A DNA stretch of 64,000 bases from a virus. The notes under the pieces were generated by a model. That model had not been told where the DNA came from and did no database searches. It worked only from the letters and a program-made list of their open reading frames with translations. This document shows, in pieces, positions 36,593-46,292 of this stretch (the stretch's first letter is position 1; each line of letters starts with the position of its first letter). The translations under genes were made by a program, and so were the position numbers. Location of the stretch: IMG/VR virus record IMGVR_UViG_3300036466_000273, positions 22,108 through 86,107 of that record; one strand, given 5' to 3'.

Positions 36593-37509
36593 TATTGTAA
36601 CCTCACTGCCATAAAACTTCTTCCACCAGTATTTAAACCCTCTTGAGCTATTAAGTAATTTACTCCGTCAATCATAATAATTGACTCTGATACTTGATTA
36701 AGCCCTGGGGGATAAAATACTCCATCTAATTCCCCAAATACTGCATTTTTATAGTAATCCCTACCAGATGAATCCCCATAGTCCCTAGAACAAAGCACAT
36801 AAGGAAAAACATAAGATTCACCACTATCATAAGGCACAAGAAGTCCTAAAAATTCTTCACAAGAACTATCATACAAGGAGGCTTCTCTAGGGAAGCAGAA
36901 AAAATCGAAGTTAGAAGTATCTTCATTATCATACCCTAGCCAACTATTATCGGGGGTATACAACCAAGCATTATTTTCGGAAGTATTTCGATAAGTAAAA
37001 CAGGTACCGGCAGTACTTGTATAAGATAATGGTGCATCATATTCTGCCCCTATAAGTAAAGGGAGAGGATACTGCGAAGGGGTGGCATATGGATGAAATT
37101 TTCCTAAATAACACGAGCGCATCCCTGTGTTTACTTTTGCGAATACCATCACTCTTTGACCGTTAGCTACGAACCAATAAGGGGTATCATTATTCCAGAA
37201 AGCAGTATATACATCATAGGGGGTGGTGCCAGGTGACTGGCCCCACCCATCAGTATCTCTCCAACCGGCAGAACCTCTAAATGCCCAACAGTAATAATTA
37301 CTAGATATATTTTGCAGAGTTCTAATCTGAATATAGATATTCTCAGTTCCTGTTAATCCAGGAGCTCTAAAATACCTAGTAGTCCCATCTTTCTTTAAAA
37401 GTTGCCATTGCTCCCCCGTACTTACTAGATCAACATTAGTGGTTAAAAATACCTCTAATCTATCCAACAAGTCTAGGTAGTCAGTGGCTATACCGATTTC
37501 TACAGCCAT
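36592..37509 (-). CDS. Virion structural protein
   Basis: G.AT.Y.DLL..L..F, YWFVANG.R....KV, YLG...PY.TP.QYP.PL, GELDG. Confidence 0.8.
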   Translation of the reverse strand: MAVEIGIATDYLDLLDRLEVFLTTNVDLVSTGEQWQLLKKDGTTRYFRAPGLTGTENIYIQIRTLQNISSNYYCWAFRGSAGWRDTDGWGQSPGTTPYDVYTAFWNNDTPYWFVANGQRVMVFAKVNTGMRSCYLGKFHPYATPSQYPLPLLIGAEYDAPLSYTSTAGTCFTYRNTSENNAWLYTPDNSWLGYDNEDTSNFDFFCFPREASLYDSSCEEFLGLLVPYDSGESYVFPYVLCSRDYGDSSGRDYYKNAVFGELDGVFYPPGLNQVSESIIMIDGVNYLIAQEGLNTGGRSFMAVRLQ

Positions 37510-40500
37510 TAAATTGCTCCTTTGTTTCTGCGAACTATGTTAACAATAGCATTTTCACCATCCGCAGTAGAAATATAATCAGATACGATGCTAGGGTCTA
37601 AAACATTAATAATATTAGGTGAGCCACTGGTAGGTTCTTTTTTAGTACTTTCCTTATTCTCAGGGTACTCACTAATATTTTTAATATTAGTATTAGTTAC
37701 ATTTTGAGTAGTTGAGCTACCCCTTATTAGTCCCCCAACGGCGTATTTTTGTTCTGATACCGATAACTGACGATTATTTAATTTATTCATAAAGTCACTG
37801 CCATAATAATCTACAGTGTCTCGACTCATCATGTACTCCCCAGGGGTAGCTGCAATCGTGACATTGTCAGCTTTGCGACCTCTTTTCAAGCCTTGAATCT
37901 CACCACCCTCAGCGTATGCAGGTTGCTGTTGTTTGATAGCTGCTACTTGAGCCATACCTGAAGCAATAGCCGCTGCTGCAGCTGCAGCACCCAACGCAGG
38001 CCCAACATAAGGAATACTAGCCATAGATGAGAAAGCTTTGGTTGCACTGTTATATGTACTAACAGTCGCTTCTACAATAGCAAAGGCTTTATAAGCTTCC
38101 CAAGCCTTTCGGTTTTCAATTAATCCGGCATCCATTATACTTTTAATTGAAGCTGCCATACTACCAGCGAAGGAACCAACAGCTGAAGTTCTAGCGTTAA
38201 ATAAGGCTTCAGATTGTTCCGCATAAAGCCTTTCACGCTCTAGAGCTTGTTCCTGTTGAACCATTTCCATTTCAGCCCTAGATGCCCCATACTCTTCTAG
38301 TAGTTGGAGTTGTCTAGCATGTTGTTCTTTCATTGCGATAATCTGAGGCTGCTCATCAACAGATTTAAATAGTGCTTGTCCCTGGAATAAGGTATCCTCA
38401 TCAGGAGCTGACCCTTTAATAGTTGCTCTCATTTCTTCAGGGTCTCTAATACCTTGGCGAGTAGTCTCTATTTTAGACATAGCAGATTCATACTCTGGGG
38501 TACCAGGTTTTAAGTTTTCTTTCACTTTCTTTGCAATACTATCAAGTTCCTTAGTTTTCTTAATAGAATCAACAATAGCTGAAGTGAGGTCATTAGAAGC
38601 CCCAATACTATCAAGCGAAGAGGAAAGAGCAGTAGATATTGACGAATCAAGGCCATCTAAACTATCTGTAATCTTAGTTACAGTATCCTCATACTCGCCA
38701 ACTAGTTTTCTTTCTTCTATTTCTAAGTTATTAATAGCAGTTTTAGTTTGTAAATCAAGCGCCCTAGTTTGGGCTTCTCTAGCACTCTCTAAAGTATCTA
38801 AATATGAGGTATCTAAGGTGCCGTTAGCTTCAATATTTAATAACTTAAATTTATGAGCGAGTAAGTCATACTCTGCATCAATCATACCCTTTTTAATCTT
38901 AGCTTCTTGGGTAATTGTAGCAATACGCTCTTCTTTTATCTCCCTAAAAACATCTAACTCTTGATAAACAGCCAGTCCTGTACCGCCTGCATCAATAGTA
39001 GCTGCACTTAATCGATACTCTAGTAGTGCATTTAGGCGTTCTCTCGTTGCAGAAGCTAATTTGTCTTCTGCCCCTAATTGAAGCTGTCTAATATTTAATA
39101 AAGCTTTTTCTTTTGCAAGAAGTTTATCACTATTATCACTTAGTTTTCTACTTATTTCGCTTCTTTCAGCTACAAGCTCTTTTATTTTTCTTGCAGTATC
39201 TTCCGAAGCTTCCTCTAGTCTCAAAATCTTTAATTTACTGTCAACCAGAGAACGTTGTTCTAAGAGCATTTTATCCTGTATTGAAAAATATTCCCCAATA
39301 CTTGAAACATCATACTCCATAGACTTTTTTAAATCTTTTAACTGGTTTTTATAAATCTTTACTTGATAGCCAGATTCTGCAGTTGCTTCTGAAGTACTTT
39401 TCCATAATGCTAATAAAGCGGAAAGCCCTTCATACATATCGCCATTCTCAGATAGCTCTTTTGCAGCAGATTTTAAATTATCACTAAGTTTAGAAACTAG
39501 AGCTCTTTCATGCTCTTCACTAACGTCTTTAAAGCTATTTACGATTGACTCTAAGTTTGAAATAGTTTCTTGGAAAGGGGCTTTATCAATGTCTAATGCA
39601 GATTCTATAGAATACCCATAGTTCTCTGCAGACTCAGCTAAACTATCAAGGTTACCTTTAGCTGCTACTAAATCTCTGTTTAAAGCGAGTGCATACTCTA
39701 CTAATAATTTTTTATTTTCATCTGAAATTAGTGGGTCTTCTAGGGCTTCAGAAATACTGCGTAAAGCTGTAATATCACCTTTTAAAGCCGTAGCTAAAGC
39801 ACTACTAGAAGATTCCACGCTAATGATTGCGGAATCTATAACTTTCCTGATAGCAGTAATAGCAGAAGTACTATACGCTTCTAAATTTTTTGTCTCTTTA
39901 CGAATTTCTGCCAGTTGTTGCGCGTATAGAAAAGCCCAGTTAGACCCAAATAGTTTAGTATGTTTATTAATTATATCTTGTGCATCATCTCCACCCTTTT
40001 TCAAGATTTCAATTTCCTGGGTAGTTAAATGTTCTGCATATTTAAGTAACTTCTCTCTCTGCTCTACTGTAGCTTCTAAGTCTTGTTCCCGTTCGGCTTC
40101 TACTATTTTAGAGATTCCAGAAGTAATTTGATTTAAAATACCCACCTGAGTATTTAAGGTAGCAATATATCTATCTACAGAACCTTCGGCTAAGGTGTTA
40201 AGCTTGTCCTGAAGTTGGCTTGCTGCCTCATCGATATCTTTAAAGCTATCGACTATTTCTGAGGCGGTTTTAGTTAGTTTATCTGGTTTTGTTAACCACT
40301 TAAAAGCACTATAAAGAGCAGAACCTGCTGAAATTGCCAAACCAATGAGAGGCATCGCAGACAGCAAGGCGGTGCCAAAAGCTTTCACGCTTACAGTCGC
40401 GGCGTACCACACAATTTTTACTCTACCCATAATTCCAATTGAAAGATTTTGTGCTGCAGCATTCGCATATATTCTTGCAGTATTAGCATCTATAGCTGCT

Positions 40501-41846
40501 GATACACTTCTTATAGTACCACGCAAAGATAAACGTTGTGCATTTTCTAGTGCAGCTATTTCAATACCCTTAATCTGGGCTTTTTGGGAGTGAGTATAGG
40601 ATTGTACATATACCGTACGCGCTCGTTCTACTTCTCTTAGATTTTCCTTAGATTTAGCAATAGACTCATTAGATCTAGTTTGTACTTTCTCTTGTTCAGC
40701 TAAAGTTCTAGTGTAGGTAGCAATTGATTTATCTAAGGATCTTAATCCTTTTACATACTGCTCCTCTGAAATTACCCCATCTTTGAATTCATCACTAAGT
40801 CGCCTAAACCCTTCTGGTAATACTTTAGTAATTTCTAAGGCTTTAAGGCTTTCCTGTGAAGTTTTTGATAGCGCAGCGGCTGCCTCCTCAGAAGCTTCAG
40901 CCGCTTTATACAGCCCAGGTACCATTTGTCTAGTAACCGAAGCACCAAGTACCGTAATAGCTCCAATCAAAGCACCTTGGTTTCCTGAAAGTAAGGATAT
41001 TAAAGGAGAAAGACCTCTATTAATTAATTCTAAAAAAGACTTGGTAAGGTCATCAAAAGATGCTGCTAATTTAGCGAAAGGACTAATCTCTATCTCTTTA
41101 GAGATAGATGAGAATTTATCCGTCCCTTGTTCTATAATGGCATTAGTGAAAGCCATTCTACGCTCAAACTGACTTAAATCCCCTGCAGTTTTCCCTAAAG
41201 TTTGGGCATAACTTTCAGTGGCGTCATCAAGCCTTACCATAATTCCTAATTCATCGAGAATTTCAGGCTCTAACTTGGTGGCACCACGTACTAGACGATC
41301 CATTGCATCGCCCATATCTCTACCAAGTGCTACGGAGGCTCCTTTTGCTACCTTAGTTAAGTCTTCTAACTGACCTGTGGAAAAGCCAGAACTAATACCT
41401 AAAGCCACGCTCTCCATAGCTTGGGCAGTAGATATACCGTACCCGGAGATTTCCTTAAGCTGCTCCGCAACGTAAGGTAGGTTAGCCCCAGCTGCTCTTC
41501 CTACATAACTCAACCCTTCGGCAAGTTGTGTAACTTCAGCTGCCCTACTTAATGCATGAAAGCCAGCGGATAGAGCGAAGATATTTGCAGCTAAACTAGC
41601 GTAAGCAGGAACGAGAGTGCCCCCTAAAGTTTGAGCCTGCTTGGCAAAAGCTTTAGTACTGTTAGATGTTAGTCCCGCAACACCCTTTTCCTGCTTACTG
41701 TAATTATTTTTGGTCTTATTATGGGAATTTTGGGCATTAGAGGCTTTTTCTATAGCTGAGGTATATACTTTTACCCCTGAAGTGGCTTGCTTAAGAGAGC
41801 CCTTATCATCAATTATAAGTTGTATATTAATAGCATTATCTGCCAT
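37509..41846 (-). CDS. Tape measure protein
   Basis: 1445-aa helical protein after the chaperones; T5 pb2-like N-terminus (YA.LAANIFALSA; KLEPE.LDELG). Confidence 0.92.
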   Translation of the reverse strand: MADNAINIQLIIDDKGSLKQATSGVKVYTSAIEKASNAQNSHNKTKNNYSKQEKGVAGLTSNSTKAFAKQAQTLGGTLVPAYASLAANIFALSAGFHALSRAAEVTQLAEGLSYVGRAAGANLPYVAEQLKEISGYGISTAQAMESVALGISSGFSTGQLEDLTKVAKGASVALGRDMGDAMDRLVRGATKLEPEILDELGIMVRLDDATESYAQTLGKTAGDLSQFERRMAFTNAIIEQGTDKFSSISKEIEISPFAKLAASFDDLTKSFLELINRGLSPLISLLSGNQGALIGAITVLGASVTRQMVPGLYKAAEASEEAAAALSKTSQESLKALEITKVLPEGFRRLSDEFKDGVISEEQYVKGLRSLDKSIATYTRTLAEQEKVQTRSNESIAKSKENLREVERARTVYVQSYTHSQKAQIKGIEIAALENAQRLSLRGTIRSVSAAIDANTARIYANAAAQNLSIGIMGRVKIVWYAATVSVKAFGTALLSAMPLIGLAISAGSALYSAFKWLTKPDKLTKTASEIVDSFKDIDEAASQLQDKLNTLAEGSVDRYIATLNTQVGILNQITSGISKIVEAEREQDLEATVEQREKLLKYAEHLTTQEIEILKKGGDDAQDIINKHTKLFGSNWAFLYAQQLAEIRKETKNLEAYSTSAITAIRKVIDSAIISVESSSSALATALKGDITALRSISEALEDPLISDENKKLLVEYALALNRDLVAAKGNLDSLAESAENYGYSIESALDIDKAPFQETISNLESIVNSFKDVSEEHERALVSKLSDNLKSAAKELSENGDMYEGLSALLALWKSTSEATAESGYQVKIYKNQLKDLKKSMEYDVSSIGEYFSIQDKMLLEQRSLVDSKLKILRLEEASEDTARKIKELVAERSEISRKLSDNSDKLLAKEKALLNIRQLQLGAEDKLASATRERLNALLEYRLSAATIDAGGTGLAVYQELDVFREIKEERIATITQEAKIKKGMIDAEYDLLAHKFKLLNIEANGTLDTSYLDTLESAREAQTRALDLQTKTAINNLEIEERKLVGEYEDTVTKITDSLDGLDSSISTALSSSLDSIGASNDLTSAIVDSIKKTKELDSIAKKVKENLKPGTPEYESAMSKIETTRQGIRDPEEMRATIKGSAPDEDTLFQGQALFKSVDEQPQIIAMKEQHARQLQLLEEYGASRAEMEMVQQEQALERERLYAEQSEALFNARTSAVGSFAGSMAASIKSIMDAGLIENRKAWEAYKAFAIVEATVSTYNSATKAFSSMASIPYVGPALGAAAAAAAIASGMAQVAAIKQQQPAYAEGGEIQGLKRGRKADNVTIAATPGEYMMSRDTVDYYGSDFMNKLNNRQLSVSEQKYAVGGLIRGSSTTQNVTNTNIKNISEYPENKESTKKEPTSGSPNIINVLDPSIVSDYISTADGENAIVNIVRRNKGAI

Positions 41847-42235
41847 ACTTACCTCTTGCCTTCTTTAACTCCTTCTCCATATCATCTGAAGATTTCTTAA
41901 TCATTCTTGAGTCTAGCCACGAGATAATATCTATAATAAGTTCTTTATCTATTGATCCCGCATGTAAATCTAAGAGAGTTGGTAAATTATTAAAAAATTT
42001 ACCAACATACCCTATATTAGCTTGTACATTGTCCCCTAGTAGATTATAAATCCTGAAAGCTATTTGAACCTCATAAGGAAAATCTTCTATTTCCAAAGGC
42101 TCTTCTTCAGGATCTACAGGGAGATTAAGTTGTTCACATATACTATAATACTTTTCTTTTGAAATATTAGAAAATAAGTCGCTAAAAAACTTATTTAAAT
42201 ACTTAAAAAGTTTTTCTCTATTTTGAAGTACGAAA
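41836..42235 (-). CDS. Tail assembly chaperone C-terminal frame (likely reached by frameshift)
   Basis: Frame open from 42241 to 41836 without an SD-led ATG; K.Y..ICEQL...VDPEE.P.E.EDFP..VQ.A. Confidence 0.7.
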
Positions 42236-42625
42236 ATATTCTAGGTCGAATACTACCTCATTAATAAACTGGTCGAACTCAGTAGAGTTCGCTATTAAAA
42301 GTTCCGCGTTTGATGGAGAGTATTCCAACTCATCATCCAAATCACGACCTTCAGTGTCGATTAGAATCAGATTCTCAAGGTTTCTAAGAGTCAGGCCTTT
42401 CCAATTTTTAATTGTAGCAGCTGAAAACTCTTTAATAAACTTATCTTCATTAAGCTGTTCTGTTAGTTGTTTAGTTTTACGGTCAAACTTTTGGGTGATA
42501 CACCGCTTACGTAGGTCAATAAGCTCTTTACGAGATAGGTTTGCTACCTCTACCGAAAATCCTGGCAGGCCGGTGAAATCTACCCATGCGGTTTTGCTGT
42601 CAACAATTAAATCTTTTAGTTCCAT
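42218..42625 (-). CDS. Tail assembly chaperone
   Basis: Between major tail and tape measure genes; LSR.EL..LRK, I.NWKGL, F..F.NE...DL..F. Confidence 0.85.
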   Translation of the reverse strand: MELKDLIVDSKTAWVDFTGLPGFSVEVANLSRKELIDLRKRCITQKFDRKTKQLTEQLNEDKFIKEFSAATIKNWKGLTLRNLENLILIDTEGRDLDDELEYSPSNAELLIANSTEFDQFINEVVFDLEYFRTSK

Positions 42626-42686
42626 TTTGTTACTCCTTTTGTTAAAATAAAATTTTTGCAGAGACCAATTCCCTACTATCTATTAT

Positions 42687-42715
42687 AGTATAACTAGATA
42701 CCTAAGATATGTCAA
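42687..42715 (-). promoter_or_regulatory. sigma70-type late promoter
   Basis: TTGACA-17-TATACT on the minus strand. Confidence 0.8.
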
Positions 42716-42739
42716 GAATAAAATTTGGTTTGGTGTAAA

Positions 42740-42777
42740 TAAAAAATCCACTAAGCAAACACTTAGTGGATTTTTTA
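42740..42777 (-). terminator. Terminator after the major tail gene
   Basis: AAAAAATCCACTAAG-N6-CTTAGTGGATTTTTT. Confidence 0.9.
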
Positions 42778-42792
42778 TTAGGTAACGACTAT

Positions 42793-43920
42793 TTAGTATT
42801 CGATTCCGGTGTATACAATAGAGGCTTCGTCCGCCTGGTCAATGGTACTAGGTAGAGCATGGAAGTTAGTCTCAACTGCAATTACATCGTCAATAGAGTG
42901 GCTAGGAACCTCTAAGTGACATTTAGGGAAAGTAAACTGAACTTTAGGAGCCACAGCTCCCCCAACAGAGAACTCTAAACTAAACTGGTTAGTTACTTTA
43001 TCTGTAGCTGAGATTATATCTTCGAAAAGGTCTCCAGTACTACCAATGGCCGAGTTCAGATAAGCAGTAAAGTTACCAGAAACTGATCTAGCCCCAGTTA
43101 CGTGACCTAATGGCTGAGATACTTGGCAAAGTAGTTCAGGAGTTAAGAATGTAATATTGTTCTCAAAAGTAATATTTCCCCCGGTAAGAACAACGTTGTA
43201 TACTCCATCGTTGTTAGCTCCTGGGAATGCAATTGTATCCGCAGCAGTAACATTGAGTGAAGTTAGTCGATTACGTAAGAAGTTGGAGGTAGCAGTTGCT
43301 GCTTCAGTTATAGTTGGAGTAGGTAGTGTAGCCCCCTCTTCAATAATAGAAGCTTGCCCTGACCAGTTAAGAGTTGCAATTCCTTCAATATCGAAATCAA
43401 TACTTACACTGCCTAGAACGCAGTCTTTTAGACGATAGATAGTTGGAGTTCCGTCAGCCGCACAGGCTCCCATACCAAAAACGATATCAAATGTACCTAG
43501 CTGGGTTTTATTAGAACCAGAGAAATCAATAGTCATTTCAGTAGCAGTTGAAGAAACCCCTTCTGTCCACCCAGTATCCGGTGTATAACTATTGATAGCA
43601 ACGAAGTTTGCCCAAAGAGCTTCCTCGATTGCATGGTGGTCTGCAGAAGTGGTCTCCCATCCATCTGTAGCACCAGGGGCTGCGACGAACGGTCTCATAT
43701 AAGTTGAAAAACTAAATTCTGCTGGAGCATAGCTGTCTGTGAACATCTGTCTAGCACGTCTAGATGTTCCATCCTGCGCTGCTGCCTCGTTAAGAGTAAT
43801 TTCTGATGTATTAGTAGCTTGTGAATAACTAAAATCGTTGAGCACAGGTAATGCCCAAACATTAGTACCCTGTTCAATAAATACTTTCGTATCTCTACTA
43901 AAATAAAGTTGGTCTGCCAT
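42793..43920 (-). CDS. Major tail tube protein (T5 pb6-like)
   Basis: SQ.TN..EITLNEA, PAEFSFSTY.RP, DFDI.GIA...WSG, TGG.IT..NNIT.LTP, TG.R...G. Confidence 0.9.
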   Translation of the reverse strand: MADQLYFSRDTKVFIEQGTNVWALPVLNDFSYSQATNTSEITLNEAAAQDGTSRRARQMFTDSYAPAEFSFSTYMRPFVAAPGATDGWETTSADHHAIEEALWANFVAINSYTPDTGWTEGVSSTATEMTIDFSGSNKTQLGTFDIVFGMGACAADGTPTIYRLKDCVLGSVSIDFDIEGIATLNWSGQASIIEEGATLPTPTITEAATATSNFLRNRLTSLNVTAADTIAFPGANNDGVYNVVLTGGNITFENNITFLTPELLCQVSQPLGHVTGARSVSGNFTAYLNSAIGSTGDLFEDIISATDKVTNQFSLEFSVGGAVAPKVQFTFPKCHLEVPSHSIDDVIAVETNFHALPSTIDQADEASIVYTGIEY

Positions 43921-43951
43921 TTTCTTTCCTCTCTAATTACTGATATATTTA

Positions 43952-44407
43952 TCAGTACCTAATCTCACAAGTGACTTCTCCAACCCCTAAGGGCTCTAGA
44001 ACACCTTCATCTGTTTCGATTGAGATTATTGATATTTGCTGTGTTGTTTGAGAAGTTCCTTGTCTATCTTTATAGACTAACCGACTTTTCTCTTCTAACA
44101 CAGTCTCTACATCTTCTATAAGACCTTCTAAAGCTAAAACTGCATCTTCTTCATTAACATAGCATCGTACAGTTACATTTAAGAATCTATCTTTATACCC
44201 AGCTCCTTGGTACTCCCTAGTCTCAGCTCCGGCGCTTAGATGAATTGCTGGGAATACTTCTACCTCATCCCAAAATTTAAGGCGGGGGGATACTTGCCCA
44301 TCAATATCTGTGTTGTAATTACCAGACCCGTCAATGGCTTTTAATTCTTCAGCTAAAGCGTAAACTATTGCCATCCGCCTACTTGTATATTCTCTAGTAA
44401 CTTCCAT
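43952..44407 (-). CDS. Tail terminator protein (T5 p142-like)
   Basis: IDGSG.Y, F.DEV..FP, ETREY, TDEGVL.P.GVGE....RY. Confidence 0.85.
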   Translation of the reverse strand: MEVTREYTSRRMAIVYALAEELKAIDGSGNYNTDIDGQVSPRLKFWDEVEVFPAIHLSAGAETREYQGAGYKDRFLNVTVRCYVNEEDAVLALEGLIEDVETVLEEKSRLVYKDRQGTSQTTQQISIISIETDEGVLEPLGVGEVTCEIRY

Positions 44408-45666
44408 TATAACCTCTTTGTGTAGAATCTTGTTTTGACGATATCTGTAGCTAACTCTCTAATAGATTTATCAATAATTTTTCTTGGGTCTCTTTGGGGA
44501 GTAGCTAATCTAGGGCTCCCACCTGGGTACTCAAAAAGTTCATAAGGGGATCTTTGGTATGTGTAATGAATAGATAATCCTCTATTTTTAGTCTCGCGAA
44601 CATCTAAAGCATAAACTGATTGAGCAAATCTACCTGTTCTATAGTTGAGGGCTGGGCTTCCCATATTGGAAGCTACCTGTCCTGGTAACCCCTTATTTAA
44701 ATAGGTGAGAAATGCTACAACCCCTATTTTATTTTGCTGTGCTCCAAATCGTACCTGATTCTTAGCTTTACGTAAGTCTTGTTTAGAGATTTTATCTTTA
44801 CTAGACTTCTTGACTACTTGTTTGGCATCTTTTAAGTCATATACTCTGAAACCTTTTAAGTGGATATCAGGGTTCTGTCTTAATTTTTTCGTAGCCTCTG
44901 TAAGTATATGCTTTTCAACACTTTCATACACAGGCTCTTCAATGAAGTTATCAGCAGTATCACGTATTAGGTTATATAATTTAGTATTGAAATCCTTATC
45001 ACGCTTACTTTCAGTACCTCTATTTGTTTTATAGTCTTTGTATGTAATTTTAGACACCACAGGCTTATTAGATTTACCGAGTTCTTTCAACCCTGTAGCA
45101 ATAGCAAGCTCAAATTTTTTTAACTCATCCCTACGTACCCCAGGCCTAGCTAAAAAATCCTGCTCGACTTGTTCCAGTATAGCTTTGTAGGCATTTTCCC
45201 CAATCTGGGAGCCTCCTTCATGTGATAAATCCAGAAAATCTTTTTTATTTTTCAGCTGTCCACCAGATTTAACTACTTTATTATTTGCTAAGGAACTATA
45301 TGCCTTATTCTTAGCTGGGGCTAAAGTGTCAAAAATCCACCCATATACATTACTGTTCGCTGTAGGCCCAATAATTTTTACTGATATTGTATCATTACTG
45401 TTCCCCGGCAGCGCCTCTACAATATACCCGTTAGTACTAGTTCGGGGGCGTAAAGCCCTCTGTATATCATTAAAAAAGGTATAGCATATTTTTGTAACTG
45501 AGGAACTTGCTTCTTGCAATCCTATGGCATTATATATTTGAGTTCTTAAAGCAGACTTATTTAGAGTAAATTCATGCACTGTTCTATCTGCCGTATAGCG
45601 TCTATAGAAATCTGTACTGGCAATCTTTTCTAAGTATAGATTAGCTAAAAACTTAATATTGCTCAT
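44407..45666 (-). CDS. Neck/tail completion protein (T5 p143-like C-terminus)
   Basis: L.YRTGRFA.SV...Y.Y...PY..FE...RDP...I..SIRE.A. Confidence 0.8.
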   Translation of the reverse strand: MSNIKFLANLYLEKIASTDFYRRYTADRTVHEFTLNKSALRTQIYNAIGLQEASSSVTKICYTFFNDIQRALRPRTSTNGYIVEALPGNSNDTISVKIIGPTANSNVYGWIFDTLAPAKNKAYSSLANNKVVKSGGQLKNKKDFLDLSHEGGSQIGENAYKAILEQVEQDFLARPGVRRDELKKFELAIATGLKELGKSNKPVVSKITYKDYKTNRGTESKRDKDFNTKLYNLIRDTADNFIEEPVYESVEKHILTEATKKLRQNPDIHLKGFRVYDLKDAKQVVKKSSKDKISKQDLRKAKNQVRFGAQQNKIGVVAFLTYLNKGLPGQVASNMGSPALNYRTGRFAQSVYALDVRETKNRGLSIHYTYQRSPYELFEYPGGSPRLATPQRDPRKIIDKSIRELATDIVKTRFYTKRL

Positions 45667-46238
45667 GTTATTTGCCTATACATATCAAGTACCCGCTTTA
45701 TGTGATCAGGGAAACCAATATTACTATCTAAGGTGCTAGAGCCTGCGTTTTTCATAGAACCACTTTTTAAGGTTCTTTGCAGTTTATACTCATCCTTTAA
45801 GTAGTATGCTACCAGGTCAATTAGAGCGAGTTTGAGGTCTTCTGGGGTATCTTGGTACCCTGCTTTATACGCGACACGTACAGAATTAATACCTTCAGGC
45901 CAAAACCCAAAAGTCTTTATAATACTATCTGTCCTGGGGTCTAGTTCAAAATTTGTAGGTTCAACTAAACTGTAACGTTCATTAGTATTATAACGTTCAT
46001 AAACTTCTACAATCTCTATTACTGGAATTTCCCCCAATTGAATAATCTGTTGAGCCCCATAGTATATAGAAAATGTTTCAGTGTAAGGTGTATTAACATA
46101 GTCAACAAAGGAATTACCACAATAGGTTTTGACAAGCTGACTTATGGATGGAATTAGCTGGTCTAAGCGCTCGTCTTCCTTCGTTCCTGTAATGGCTTTT
46201 GCTTGCTTATAGATATCTTCAGTTATTAAATCAGTCAT
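45663..46238 (-). CDS. Head completion/head-tail connector (T5 p144-like)
   Basis: V.V.Y.AGY...P.DLKLA..DLV.YY...FP.HIKRVLD.YR. Confidence 0.85.
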   Translation of the reverse strand: MTDLITEDIYKQAKAITGTKEDERLDQLIPSISQLVKTYCGNSFVDYVNTPYTETFSIYYGAQQIIQLGEIPVIEIVEVYERYNTNERYSLVEPTNFELDPRTDSIIKTFGFWPEGINSVRVAYKAGYQDTPEDLKLALIDLVAYYLKDEYKLQRTLKSGSMKNAGSSTLDSNIGFPDHIKRVLDMYRQIT

Positions 46239-46255
46239 AAGTCAACTTGTAAAAA

Positions 46256-46279
46256 CCTAGGAGTCATAAGACTCCTAGG
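46256..46279 (-). terminator. Hairpin/terminator after the capsid gene
   Basis: CCTAGGAGTC-ATAA-GACTCCTAGG, followed by TTTT on the minus strand. Confidence 0.75.
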
Positions 46280-46292
46280 CTCCCTTTATATA

